In this document: positions 41,142-51,159 of the stretch, piece by piece
Layout of the letters: each line of letters starts with the position of its first letter
Numbering within the stretch: position 1 is the stretch's first letter
Source: an uncultured delta proteobacterium
GTDB lineage: Bacteria > Desulfobacterota > Syntrophia > Syntrophales > UBA2185
Direction of reading: 5' to 3'
Length of the DNA: 64,000 bases
Assembly (NCBI GenBank): GCA_963729715.1
Contig: CAVSPA010000018.1
Coordinates: 1-64,000, forward strand
Made by a program: the position numbers and the translations under genes
The notes under the pieces: generated by a model
Database searches by the model: none
Told to the model about the DNA's origin: nothing
The model's input: only the letters and a program-made list of their open reading frames with translations

Positions 41142-42611
41142 TTATTTCTTTTTCTTTTCCGGTTCTGGAATCTCCTCAGTTATGCCGGCAATTTTTCTGG
41201 CGTATTCGGCAAACTGGTCAATTGGGGTAAGAGCCCTGACAACCAGTTTTGCACCATCAGGAGAACCGCCGCCGTGCATACATCCAGGAACGCCTGCGCC
41301 GAGCGTCAGCCATTCAGAAAGCCTTGCTGCGCGCGCCCTTGATTCAGCGCTGAACTTACCGGAGGCTTTCAGGGCCGATTGAACCATGGCTCCTAATTTT
41401 GGGTCATTAAAGTCTTTCGAAGACGGGAAACATCCTGTTTCAACGATACCGCCGCCGATGTCCTGGCAGATACGCTTTGTTTCATAAGGGAGAGTTGCCA
41501 CATGTACTTTATTGGCATGAGCGGTCAAGGGATCTGAAACCCACATACCACCGGGACCTTTCTTTCCAAGGGCCATCGCACCAATTCCCATGCAGTATGT
41601 TGTCTCATTGTTGACAGCCATCTCTACCAGCTTGTTTGCAAACGTGCTGGCTGCCAATCCGTTCGTCCTTGCCATAAGCGCCGCAGCGCCGATCATCACG
41701 TCTCCCTGACCGGCGACACATGCGCCGATGCACGCACGGTAGTTAGCTGTGAAATATCCAATTATATTGCCTGTATATTTGAATTCTTTACACATAAAAA
41801 CCCTGTCATTGGGAACAAAGCAGTCCTTGAAAAACAGGAAAGACTGGGTGATGCCTGAGTCGGGAATGTCGAATCCGCCTTCCATTTCTCTCGTATCGCT
41901 CGGCCTCCGGGCCTCCACGATTGTAAGACCTTTTATATCCCGCGGCACAACGCAGCTCACTGCATAGTCCTGATCCTCTTCCCTGTAGGCGCCTCCCGGC
42001 AAAAGAAATATTTCGTTAGAGGCGGCCACACCGCAGATCATCGCCTTCATTCCACTGATTATGATGCCGTCTTCGCGGACTTCTGTAATATGCAGATTGC
42101 TGTCGGGATTCGCCTGCTGTGATGGTCTCAGGCTGCGATCCCCTTTGGCATCTGTAAGAGCCCCCGCTACGAGAAGGCCGTTTTTCTGAGAATTGATAAT
42201 CCATTTTTTGAGCCGCTCCTGATATTTCGTGCCTAATTCCTTGTCCATAAGCGACGTGATATTCCACATAACGTTCTGGGCGTTCCAGCCTACGCACACT
42301 CCGCCGCTGCAGCTTCCTGTCAAGCGATACATCCACCTCTTCATCCTGGAATTGGCCATAATATCTTCAAGGGTTTCCATCATGGAATTCCATCTGTGGA
42401 TCTTTTCACCGCTTATGAAGGTGGAGGTAGTAGTGAAATCATCTGCTAATTTTGGGTCATGCGATGCGTCAATTGCCCGTGCATGGCTTTCTACGACTCT
42501 TTTTGTTGCCGGATGAATTGTTACGTCTTCAATCAGCTCTCCAAATTTGTAAATGTTCGGCCTCATTGCCTTTAATGATTTCTTGTATTCCTCTCTCGTC
42601 TTCAAAGCCAT
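41142..42611 (-). CDS. HpaB/4-hydroxybutyryl-CoA dehydratase (AbfD)-like flavoprotein, divergent
   Basis: TDAKGDRS, DGIIISGMK, QDIGGG, MHGGGSP; start set at MALKTREEY after the RBS. Confidence 0.85.
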   Translation of the reverse strand: MALKTREEYKKSLKAMRPNIYKFGELIEDVTIHPATKRVVESHARAIDASHDPKLADDFTTTSTFISGEKIHRWNSMMETLEDIMANSRMKRWMYRLTGSCSGGVCVGWNAQNVMWNITSLMDKELGTKYQERLKKWIINSQKNGLLVAGALTDAKGDRSLRPSQQANPDSNLHITEVREDGIIISGMKAMICGVAASNEIFLLPGGAYREEDQDYAVSCVVPRDIKGLTIVEARRPSDTREMEGGFDIPDSGITQSFLFFKDCFVPNDRVFMCKEFKYTGNIIGYFTANYRACIGACVAGQGDVMIGAAALMARTNGLAASTFANKLVEMAVNNETTYCMGIGAMALGKKGPGGMWVSDPLTAHANKVHVATLPYETKRICQDIGGGIVETGCFPSSKDFNDPKLGAMVQSALKASGKFSAESRARAARLSEWLTLGAGVPGCMHGGGSPDGAKLVVRALTPIDQFAEYARKIAGITEEIPEPEKKKK

Positions 42612-43056
42612 TTTGTTGTCCTCCTTAAATAAATTATTTTTTGTACCTTTCATAAAATTCATAACCAATTGTAATTACCGTTTTATTTGGCATACCATTT
42701 TTCCCCATAGAAATGGCCTTTTATCTGCCCAATAACAGGCTCTAAAAAGTTCGCAAAGTAAGTCTGCGTCTGCCTCTGGTGGCATCCTAAATTCCTCAAC
42801 GGTTCAGCATGCATCATTGGTCACCGTCACAAAATCCGATTCGTTAAAACCCTCTTCCAAATCTCTAATTTTGTGAAGCCCTATAATCATAATCTGTCCC
42901 TTGTGCTCTATGCCAATAACAAGTATTTCAAAAATAGGCTCTTGTCGATGAAGACAATTCTTAATTACAGTAAATGTCATATTTCTGGAGTCACTTGGCA
43001 GAACCGGGGATTTAGAAGCCTTTTATGCAGACATATTGGCAAATATGTATTTCCTA

Positions 43057-43431
43057 TCAATGACCACAGCATCCCTGATGGCCGCTGCATGTGTGATGTA
43101 GAGTCAGTTCGGGCAGCCTGTTGTCTTTTAGTAATTCAAGGTTCTCTTTTACTGTCTCGCTTGCCGATTTATATACCTTAATATCGTCCGCATTGAGTTT
43201 CCTCAGAGCCCCTGCGCCGATCCCACCGACAACTACCGCGTCAATCCTATGCCCTCCCACAGCCATGACAGGATTGCACGCCCCATGGACGTGGTCCAGG
43301 TCTTTGTTGCCGACCGTTATCGTGCTCTGGAGTTCCGTGTTAACAACAATGAATTCAGGTGCTGAACCAAAATGATCATACACCTTGCTGTTGACGCCTT
43401 CATCTTTATAAACTGGGAAACATACTTTCAC
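43057..43431 (-). CDS. NifB/NifX-family protein
   Basis: HFGSAP, HGACNP, GGIGAGA, His/Cys-rich tail. Confidence 0.87.
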   Translation of the reverse strand: MKVCFPVYKDEGVNSKVYDHFGSAPEFIVVNTELQSTITVGNKDLDHVHGACNPVMAVGGHRIDAVVVGGIGAGALRKLNADDIKVYKSASETVKENLELLKDNRLPELTLHHTCSGHQGCCGH

Positions 43432-43473
43432 GCTTCAATCTCCTTTTCAAATTAATATTATTTTCTTTTTACG

Positions 43474-43956
43474 TTATTTTTGATGAATCCCGCGACATCC
43501 GCAGCCCTGACCCATACGTCTGCGTCCACCCGCAGCGAATCCTCTGTCTTCTTCCGCCCTGTGTATATTTACACTCTGGCAGGAAGGACAACCTCTAATT
43601 CTCCCTGTTCCATGTGGTACTTCCCAAGTATGCTGACAATCGTAACATTTAAATTTTCTCATGGCGTTCATTTCAAAATTACCTCCTTCAATCTTCAACG
43701 TTTTTCCTTGAACCAATGTCTCCGCCACCTTATGTCGCGCCGCTTCAATAATCCTTCCGAAAGTCGGCCGTGAGACATTCATCTGTTCTGCCGCCTTATC
43801 GTGGTAAAGCCGGTCAAGATCCGCCAAGCGGATTGCCTCAAACTCATCCATGGATAAGACCACGTGATCAAGCGCGGATGCTGGCACACCGGCCGGCTTG
43901 AAAATTTGGCATACCGGTTCTCCTGCTACTCTCCGACAACATTTTGGCCTCCCCAT
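43474..43956 (-). CDS. DUF134 HTH protein with C-terminal zinc ribbon
   Basis: MGRPKCCR, EFEAIRLAD, MNVSRPTF, ARHKVA, IEGG, CYDC...CPSC. Confidence 0.9.
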   Translation of the reverse strand: MGRPKCCRRVAGEPVCQIFKPAGVPASALDHVVLSMDEFEAIRLADLDRLYHDKAAEQMNVSRPTFGRIIEAARHKVAETLVQGKTLKIEGGNFEMNAMRKFKCYDCQHTWEVPHGTGRIRGCPSCQSVNIHRAEEDRGFAAGGRRRMGQGCGCRGIHQK

Positions 43957-43975
43957 TCTTCTTTCTCCTGGACGC

Positions 43976-44004
43976 ATTATAAGCATATGCCCATAACTTG
44001 TCAA
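43976..44004 (-). promoter_or_regulatory. Consensus sigma70 promoter with overlapping palindrome
   Basis: TTGACA-17 nt-TATAAT on the minus strand; palindrome TTATGGGCAT/ATGCTTATAA at 43977-43996. Confidence 0.8.
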
Positions 44005-44028
44005 GTGAAAAAGTAATATTATTGTAAG

Positions 44029-44668
44029 GTATGCCGTGTAAAACGTATGACTAGTCGGTTAAAGTCCGACGGTGGGAGTTCTGTAGTTCGCCCACGTAGC
44101 TGGAGGGAAGTGTTAAGGGTAACCTGAAGCATTAAGTTCCCTGACAAAGGTTCCTATAGGGAGTCGAGCAAACCTGCGGGTCGCAGCGTGAGCGAACCTA
44201 GATGTAGCCTCAAAAATCACAATGGAGTTGTCGACCCTCTCCTACACAGGGGAAGACCGGAGCATCTATCCTGACGAAAACCACCAGAACCGATAGATGG
44301 ACTTCCGTGGTAACAGGGGTGACACGCAGGGGCAGCCAGACGAGAATGAACGCGGGAGACCCTTGTCGATGCTGCGAGAGCGGCAACTGGTGGATATAAG
44401 GAAACGAAGTTTCACTGGGTCGGCACGGGAGTCGGAGTTGCCCATAGTACCGCTTGTATCTCAAGGACAGCATAACCTTGAGAGAGGAAAGGGGCAATAC
44501 CTTCATCATGCTTCTAAAGGAGAGAAGGAAAGGAGATTGCGGTAACGCTATCAACTCCAAAGATTCCAGGAACTCCGGTGGAAGCTATACTGGAAGGCCA
44601 AGTGAAAGCGAAAGCCTCTGGAAGAAGATGATTGGAAAGCCGTGTGCGGGAAAACTGCATGCACGGTT
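44029..44668 (+). mobile_element. ORF-less group II intron (RT gene deleted), interrupted at end of domain V
   Basis: 5' GTATG; domain V AAGCCGTGTGCGGGAAAACTGCATGCACGGTT at 44637-44668; RT relic LSTP/QELRWKLYWKAK joined to AKASGRR*. Confidence 0.85.
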
Positions 44669-44900
44669 GTGTGTCCAGCGAAGGCTGGTCTGTTCAGTAG
44701 GAGTCAAACCTGCCAGGGTAAAAGCCAGAGCCCTGTAGCTTGGATAGCAGGGTGGAGGAAAACCAAAATCTTGGAGCCTATTGACACACCCATCAAAAGG
44801 AAGGGAGCGAGTTACCAGGCCGTAACGAGAGTGAACGCAGAGGTGGCCCCGAAAGTTCGAAGCCTCGGAAGCAGAGCTGGAGCTCACTATCAGTGGAACC
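44669..44900 (+). mobile_element. 5' portion of a second group II intron
   Basis: Starts GTGTGTCCAGCGAAGGCTGG, where domain VI of the first intron should be; no RT or domain V seen downstream; end approximate. Confidence 0.6.
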
Positions 44901-45395
44901 ACGCTTATTTGGAGGTTTCGTTTTACATGGGCCTCACCTGAGGTACAAATGCCTCGCCCGATCGCGACATGGAAGGAATTTGACCCTTCGCAAATCATAG
45001 GACGCGAAGCTACCAGTAGAACATCCGGACATAGCAAATTTACTATCAGCGAAGACGGCAGCAGCATAACCGAGAATGGTGCAGACGGCACTTTCACGTA
45101 CTACCGTCAGTAAAGGCAAGGGTTTCGGAGTCTGTGCTTGGGGCCGAACTTTGCGTTGGTTTGAAATGGCAATGCCCTGTGTTCAGCCCCATGGCTGACA
45201 CAATAGTTGTGGGTGCCACTATTAACGGATCTCTTTCATATTTTGATTCATCTTTCTCACGCAGTACGGGTTGAAACACGCGAAGGCTCGAAAGCTTATT
45301 TTCAGTTCGCATAAAATCCGGCTGCCTTCCTTGTTTGACATGCCTATCAGGACATTGTAGAGTTTAAGTCATAATACTTCCATGGAGGTGCCACG

Positions 45396-46001
45396 GTGGA
45401 ATTATCAGAAGTTATCGCTTCACGGCGAAGCATTCGTAAATTCAGACAGCAGGATATTTCGGCTGACACTATCCGCCTGCTGCTCGAGGCTGCGCGGCTT
45501 GCCCCTTCGGGATCAAACCTCCAGCCCTGGCGCTTTATCATTGCTCAATCACCTGCCGCCAAAGAGGCCCTTGGCCGATGTACGCCCTATAAGTTTATAG
45601 TCAAGGCAGCGGCTATTTTTGTATGCTGCGCCGACCTGACGGCCATGACAACAAGAGAGCGTCGTCTCGGAGAACTGGTGCAAGAAGGCGCCTTCGAAGG
45701 TGTGGATATAGATATGAATGATGCATCAATCACAGCCAGCCCTATCGTGGACGCGGAAACGGTTAAGGCCTATCTTTCCATGAATGTGGCGATAGCTGTA
45801 GAGCACATCGCCCTTAAGACCGTCGATCTGGGTCTGGGCAGTTGCTGGCTTGCAAGGTTTGATCGCGATAAGGTAAAGGAATATCTGGCGCTAAACGAAA
45901 GTATCCACCCGGTAGTGCTTTTGCCCGTAGGTCATCCCGATCAGTCACCCAAAGCAAGACCGCGCTTTGCTTTGGACAAGTTGGTGCTGAAGATAATCTA
46001 A
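45396..46001 (+). CDS. Nitroreductase family protein
   Basis: RRSIRKF, APSGSNLQPW, GLGSCW; TTGACA-17-TAGAGT at 45335-45363. Confidence 0.93.
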   Translation: MELSEVIASRRSIRKFRQQDISADTIRLLLEAARLAPSGSNLQPWRFIIAQSPAAKEALGRCTPYKFIVKAAAIFVCCADLTAMTTRERRLGELVQEGAFEGVDIDMNDASITASPIVDAETVKAYLSMNVAIAVEHIALKTVDLGLGSCWLARFDRDKVKEYLALNESIHPVVLLPVGHPDQSPKARPRFALDKLVLKII

Positions 46002-46072
46002 GCAAGTACCGAGCTTCGGGGACATCATCCGGGCATGCTTCTCCCAGGAATGATGAATAGGGGATAACTATT

Positions 46073-46741
46073 ATGAAAAAGATTACTTGTTTCGTCCTTT
46101 GGATTACGTGTCTTTGCCTTTCGCTTTCCGGAAATGTATGTTTAGCTCAACGCACAGCAGGTATAAAAGGAACCGCCGACTTTCCGCAATCAACCATCCT
46201 TGAATTAAAGAATATCGGCGTGATGATCGGGGAAGGTGAACCTCAGGAGAGATATCTGGCAGCCTGGAAACAGTTGGCAGGTAAATCAAAGAACATGGAT
46301 ATTGGTCGGGCAGTCAATATCGTCATTGAAGAGGCTAAACAGGAAATCAACCGAAATGTGAATCAACATCGTTTCAAGGTACAAAAGTATGTTGAGATAA
46401 AAAGAAATATAGCTCAGGAAATAAACGTTAACCGCTCAATTTTAAGCCGGTCAGCAGGCAGGATTCAGCCGATTCAGAAGAGTATATATGTGATAGAGCG
46501 CGGCAACCCGGACAAATTCACAATCCAGAAAGGAAATGTAATTAATACGAGAAGTGAGCTGGAAAAATATACTAAAGATTTGGAAGATCAATTGAACTCA
46601 GTGGGAGACGACGCGCAATTAGCAAACGTTGACTTACAAAATGTCCTACAAAAACAGCAACAGACCATGCAGATGATGTCAAATATTTCGAAACTGCTCA
46701 GTGATACCGCAATGGCTGTTATCCGGAAAATAGGCGGATAA
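46073..46741 (+). CDS. Secreted helical hypothetical protein
   Basis: Signal peptide; C-terminal QLANVDLQNVLQKQQQTMQMMSNISKLLSDTAMAVIRKIGG. Confidence 0.75.
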   Translation: MKKITCFVLWITCLCLSLSGNVCLAQRTAGIKGTADFPQSTILELKNIGVMIGEGEPQERYLAAWKQLAGKSKNMDIGRAVNIVIEEAKQEINRNVNQHRFKVQKYVEIKRNIAQEINVNRSILSRSAGRIQPIQKSIYVIERGNPDKFTIQKGNVINTRSELEKYTKDLEDQLNSVGDDAQLANVDLQNVLQKQQQTMQMMSNISKLLSDTAMAVIRKIGG

Positions 46742-46804
46742 GTTCATAGAATTTTTTCGCGGCCGTGTACAAATTTCTATGAACATAATCAGACCGTCTG
46801 CATA

Positions 46805-47305
46805 TCAGTCAGTTTCATAACAAGCCAGCACTTCACCAAAATAAAGGGTATGGTAATCCTTCTTGGGATACAGGGATGAATCATAACCCTTGTCAAGATG
46901 GGCCGGGTTCATAGCAGACTTGTAGATGATTTTGCACTCGTAATGGCGCCCTCGGGTTTTAATAATCGGCGAAGCGACCTTGCGGCCATTGGTCGTTTCC
47001 AGGTTACACATCTTAAACTTGTCCACGTTCCGGCCGGATTTTGAGCCGCAATAGGCAGTCTCTTTATGCATGTCGCCCGCCGGGACCGTAACGGTAAAAT
47101 CCTTGGCCGCCTCGATGATTCCAAAGGTGTGCCGGCTCAACCGCACTGCCACCATCATGATCGGTTTGCTCCAGACGACTCCGAAGGTAGCCCAACCGAT
47201 GGTCATGGTGTTAAGTGCCTTCCCGGACTTAACGGTTAAGAAAGCGCCCTCTTTGATCTTTTCGATGCTGTCCTGGGCAACGCTCATGTAGTCCACATCT
47301 TTCAT
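46805..47305 (-). CDS. Flavin reductase-like (flavoredoxin) protein
   Basis: NTMTIGW, CGSKSGRNVDK, HTLYFGEV. Confidence 0.88.
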   Translation of the reverse strand: MKDVDYMSVAQDSIEKIKEGAFLTVKSGKALNTMTIGWATFGVVWSKPIMMVAVRLSRHTFGIIEAAKDFTVTVPAGDMHKETAYCGSKSGRNVDKFKMCNLETTNGRKVASPIIKTRGRHYECKIIYKSAMNPAHLDKGYDSSLYPKKDYHTLYFGEVLACYETD

Positions 47306-48013
47306 AGGAAGCTCCTTTTGTTATTTAGAATTCTTACGCGCGGCTGCACGAAGAAAGAGATCACTCACTGTATGGACATGTATTACACTCCTGCGAGTAG
47401 GTTGATCAGCCACACGAGAAAATGCTAATAGTAAAGACCTGACCCTTCTACTCCCTATAACCATTATACCTTATCACTCGACGGCAAAGATATTCTCAAA
47501 GCGTTCCTTAAATTTGTTTATTGCGTCTATTTAAACCAAGAACGTCATCGGTTTTATGCAATATAAAAAGAAACAAGTAAATGCTCGTTTCAAGCACTTC
47601 TCTGTGCCGTTTATCACTCGTCTAGAAGTTGCCGGATTGTTTTGTAGTCGCTTACATCCATCAAGTAAGGCCTGTTCATCTGCCATATGCATTAGGGGTA
47701 TATGTGGATAGAAAAATAAAGGCCCTAAATGCTGCATGGCGAAATTGATTGAGTCGGTATACCGGTTTCTCTCTGATATACCTGTGATGCTTGTTTTCTC
47801 TATTTACCGCCTGTTTTCCAATCTTGCCACAGTACTTCAAGAATTACTGATTATACTCTTGCATAATTATCACAATCCGTCCATCACGGATTCGAGAAGT
47901 AAGTTGGTCGTGAATATAGTCGGGACTTAACCGATATTAAGCGGTTTAGATAGGTTTCAAAAAACAATAAAATGGGACTAAGGCTTTTCCTTATAGCTTT
48001 CACGTTAACCTCC

Positions 48014-48811
48014 TTACTGTTGACGTGCCTCCGGCTGCTTTTTCAGCAAGTACTTGTCAAAGAAATTGAGAGTCCTGTTCCAGCTATCCTGCATTGCAGA
48101 ATAATTGTAACCACGAACTCTGTCATACTCATGCCCGGCATTAGGGTATATATGCTTCTCATAGGGAACCTGCTTCTGATCCAGAAGAGCAGACAACCTG
48201 TCGGCTCCGGCGGCGGGCTGGGTCATATCATTTGATCCATGGAGGATGAGAACGGGGGAACTCTTTTCATCAAAGATATTCTCGAATCTGTACCTCATCT
48301 TGCCACGCTTTCCCCTTCCTCCCGAGAGGACACCGTAATAGGAAACGCCCGCTTGAACCTTTCCCTGTGCAGCAAGCACCATGGCCCAATATCCGCCCAT
48401 CGAGAAACCGACGGCGCCCAGTTTGTTCTTGTCTATCTTCGGGTTCTTCTTCAGGTACTCCAGTGCATCCAAAAGATCGGCAAGTATCTCTTCTGCATGA
48501 TCCGTAAGAGCATATCCTCTTGATCCATACGAAATGCCGTGAGCCTCGAAATAATGAGGAATCAGAGAGGCATAACCCTTCTTGGCCAGTTCTTCGCCAT
48601 AGCTGGATTCCGCGCCGAATATCCCGCCGCTCGTGTGGAGGATAATGACGGCGGGAAAGGGGCCGTTACCGTCAGGCAGGATGAAATCCGCCTTCATGTT
48701 CTTCTCAATGCCCAGATCATTGACAATCACATGTTCTGTTGCATGGGCAAAAGAGGAAAACAAAAAGCAGATAATGAAAATGGCGATTAATTTTTTGAAA
48801 GTGTTCTTCAT
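48014..48811 (-). CDS. Exported dienelactone hydrolase-family protein
   Basis: Signal peptide, GFSMGG nucleophile elbow, LILHGSND, YPNAGH. Confidence 0.88.
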   Translation of the reverse strand: MKNTFKKLIAIFIICFLFSSFAHATEHVIVNDLGIEKNMKADFILPDGNGPFPAVIILHTSGGIFGAESSYGEELAKKGYASLIPHYFEAHGISYGSRGYALTDHAEEILADLLDALEYLKKNPKIDKNKLGAVGFSMGGYWAMVLAAQGKVQAGVSYYGVLSGGRGKRGKMRYRFENIFDEKSSPVLILHGSNDMTQPAAGADRLSALLDQKQVPYEKHIYPNAGHEYDRVRGYNYSAMQDSWNRTLNFFDKYLLKKQPEARQQ

Positions 48812-49210
48812 TGTAGTCTCTCCTTGAGCGAAAGATGTAGTACGCGATAAGGTTCTCGTCTAACTGGAATTCTACGGCATGATGCCGAATTTATATTTCT
48901 CCATGCAGCATGTCAAATATGCACTTAAGTGAGTAAAGAATTCTATCTGTAATTGATAGTGCGTGACCGTAAAACAGAATTGCGGATATGGGTCTGCCTT
49001 TTCGTAATGGTAGTTTTAGCTTACCACTATACGTACATTAAACCACTATTGAGATATGGAACGAATGCGTTAATATATGTTTTAAGATGTCATTTTATCA
49101 CGAACCTTAAGCAAACCATTTATTAGACAGCAGGGAAACTAAAATCAGTAGGTAAAGAAAAGAGGGTGGGTTTAAACAATCTAATCTTAACTAAGTTTAA
49201 GGAGGAAACT

Positions 49211-49693
49211 ATGCGAAAGTTGGCAATAGGGGTTGTGTTAGTTGTGGCGATCAGTATGATGTTTATGCCGGTGGCATTTGCCCAGAAATCACAGGCAGCA
49301 GGGGCCGGTGTATCAACAGGTGCATGGACTCTGGGACTTCCCGGGACAATTTCCGTCGATTCAGGCTTTACTGGAACCGAGGCTATTGTGGTTGAATCCG
49401 GCAAGATTGTGAAAATGGAGAAGATGGCCGGTGTAAAAAACGGTATGCAGATGAAATTCAAAAATGATCAGGGTAATGCTTATACTGTTTACATGGGGCC
49501 CAAGTGGTTCATTGAAAATCAGAAGATTAAATTTATGGCCGGTGACAGCGTTATGGTCAGAGGCAAGAAATTTGGTTCCTCTATCATAGCTACAGAAATC
49601 AGCAAGGGCGATTGGACCATGAAACTCCGTAATGAAGAAGATGGCCAGCCAAAGTGGGAATGCTGTTTTCCCGGACCAGTGAAAATGCAGTAA
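49211..49693 (+). CDS. Exported OB-fold-like protein (MamS/MamX-domain-like)
   Basis: RBS GGAGG, signal peptide, VYMGPKWF...GDSVMVRG...LRNEEDGQPKW. Confidence 0.55.
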   Translation: MRKLAIGVVLVVAISMMFMPVAFAQKSQAAGAGVSTGAWTLGLPGTISVDSGFTGTEAIVVESGKIVKMEKMAGVKNGMQMKFKNDQGNAYTVYMGPKWFIENQKIKFMAGDSVMVRGKKFGSSIIATEISKGDWTMKLRNEEDGQPKWECCFPGPVKMQ

Positions 49694-50012
49694 TAATCGG
49701 AGACCCACCCAATTTCTTTAGCTGGTTTTAAACTTTACCCAGTCTGCAGATTTGTTTTTGATATGCGTTGCTTGTTGGTTACAGGAAAAGATTAGTCAGA
49801 ATAATAAGAGGCAAAAAGGTATTTTAACGATAGCTTCCTCCCTCCGTTGTTCTCTCATCCCGGAGAGAGGTTGTTCTAAGGGAAGCCCAAGGCGGATATT
49901 GTCAGCTCAATCGCTTTGGGTTTTCCTGTTCTTATCACGCCCGACGATGACCAGTCCTTGCACCCTTTCCTAATCCTCGGCGGCGGAATAGGCTTATATT
50001 CCGTTTTGTCGC

Positions 50013-50325
50013 TTACGCCCCAAACGTATACTTGGTTCCAGCCGTATTAATAATGAATTCGTTCGGCATCTCCCTGCTGAAGGATACGATTGCTTCGAAT
50101 CCCGTGCAATGGGTCGGTACGATGTAGTCCGGCTTCATTGCCTTGATATCGGCTACCGTATTCTGAATAACCTCAGGTTTCGCATTGATGAGGCGAAATC
50201 TTCCCATCACTGCGTCGATATTGTCTGTGCCTGAAACCTTCTGCGCATGCTTGACGGCGTTGACTATGCCGACGTGTGCACAACCGGAAAGGACCACCAG
50301 CCCTTTCCCTTTCACGTTAAAGAAT
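50013..50325 (-). pseudogene. C-terminal fragment of COG1237-like MBL hydrolase
   Basis: NVKGKGLVVLSGCAHVG...PTHCTG is homologous to the C-terminus of 36285..37259; lacks the HxHxDH half. Confidence 0.75.
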
Positions 50326-50530
50326 AGCGCAATCAGGATCACGGCGCGGATCCGGTTCAGGACTTTATCCTGCTGAAATAGGGGATTTGAAACAGAGAAG
50401 TAAGGGGCTGCCTGATTGAATACATTTTCTATTTGCAATATATTTTCATCGTCGCAGTCGGGTCTGGTCAAGGGATGTGTGATAGAAGATGTCATGCAAC
50501 TACAATGAGAAAGACTGAAGGAGGAATTTT

Positions 50531-50956
50531 ATGGAATCGATGAGACACAACATCAGTACCAAGAGGCACTTTGTCCTACTCTTTACAGTTATGATAGTAA
50601 CTCTCTTCTCCATCACCTGCCCTGTTTACGGGCAGCAGGCAAAGCCAAGTGAAAAAGGAACCTTTTTATTGACGATATTCCTGAAGCACGACCAGTCGAA
50701 GACATTGGGTGAGCTTCACGACCAGCTTACGAAAAGCGAATTCGTGAAGAACTTCCCTCCGGAAGGGGTAGAGATCGTATCGTGGTACGTCATGATGGGG
50801 ATCGGTCAAGTAGTCACGCTGCGGGTGCCGGCGGAAAAGCTGCGGGCCGTGAACCGGGTCATCGAGCAGAGGGCATGGGGCGCATTTCGGACAGAGTTCT
50901 ACCCAACCTATGACTACAAGCATATCTGGGAAGCGGAGCGGCAAAAGGCGCACTGA
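50531..50956 (+). CDS. Exported hypothetical protein
   Basis: RBS GGAGG, signal peptide, FPPEGVEIVSWYVMMGIGQVV. Confidence 0.7.
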   Translation: MESMRHNISTKRHFVLLFTVMIVTLFSITCPVYGQQAKPSEKGTFLLTIFLKHDQSKTLGELHDQLTKSEFVKNFPPEGVEIVSWYVMMGIGQVVTLRVPAEKLRAVNRVIEQRAWGAFRTEFYPTYDYKHIWEAERQKAH

Positions 50957-51159
50957 AAGCGGACCCGTTGCCATCTTTTCTCATAACTATCTGCAACAGC
51001 CGTAGACAGGATGTGCTGGTTTGTGCGGCGATGGATACAGAGATCGCCTGCCGGATCAACAGGACTCACTTGAGAAGTGAATCGCTGCTTACTGCCTGCC
51101 ATGAGGCTTCGTAATGACGTCCTGCTGTTGTAATATTTTCCGGTTGCTCCGGGTCGCCC

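Noticed and set aside
22975..43431. NifX/NifU-like genes as evidence of nitrogen fixation
   Set aside because: No nifHDK or nifEN in the window; these families are common in non-diazotrophic anaerobes.
44210..45312. Short ORFs overlapping and following the intron region
   Set aside because: Mostly translations of intron RNA sequence; no RT (YADD) motif or other recognisable domain.
49211..49693. Magnetosome gene
   Set aside because: Only a generic OB-fold-like resemblance; no CxxCH motifs and no other mam genes.
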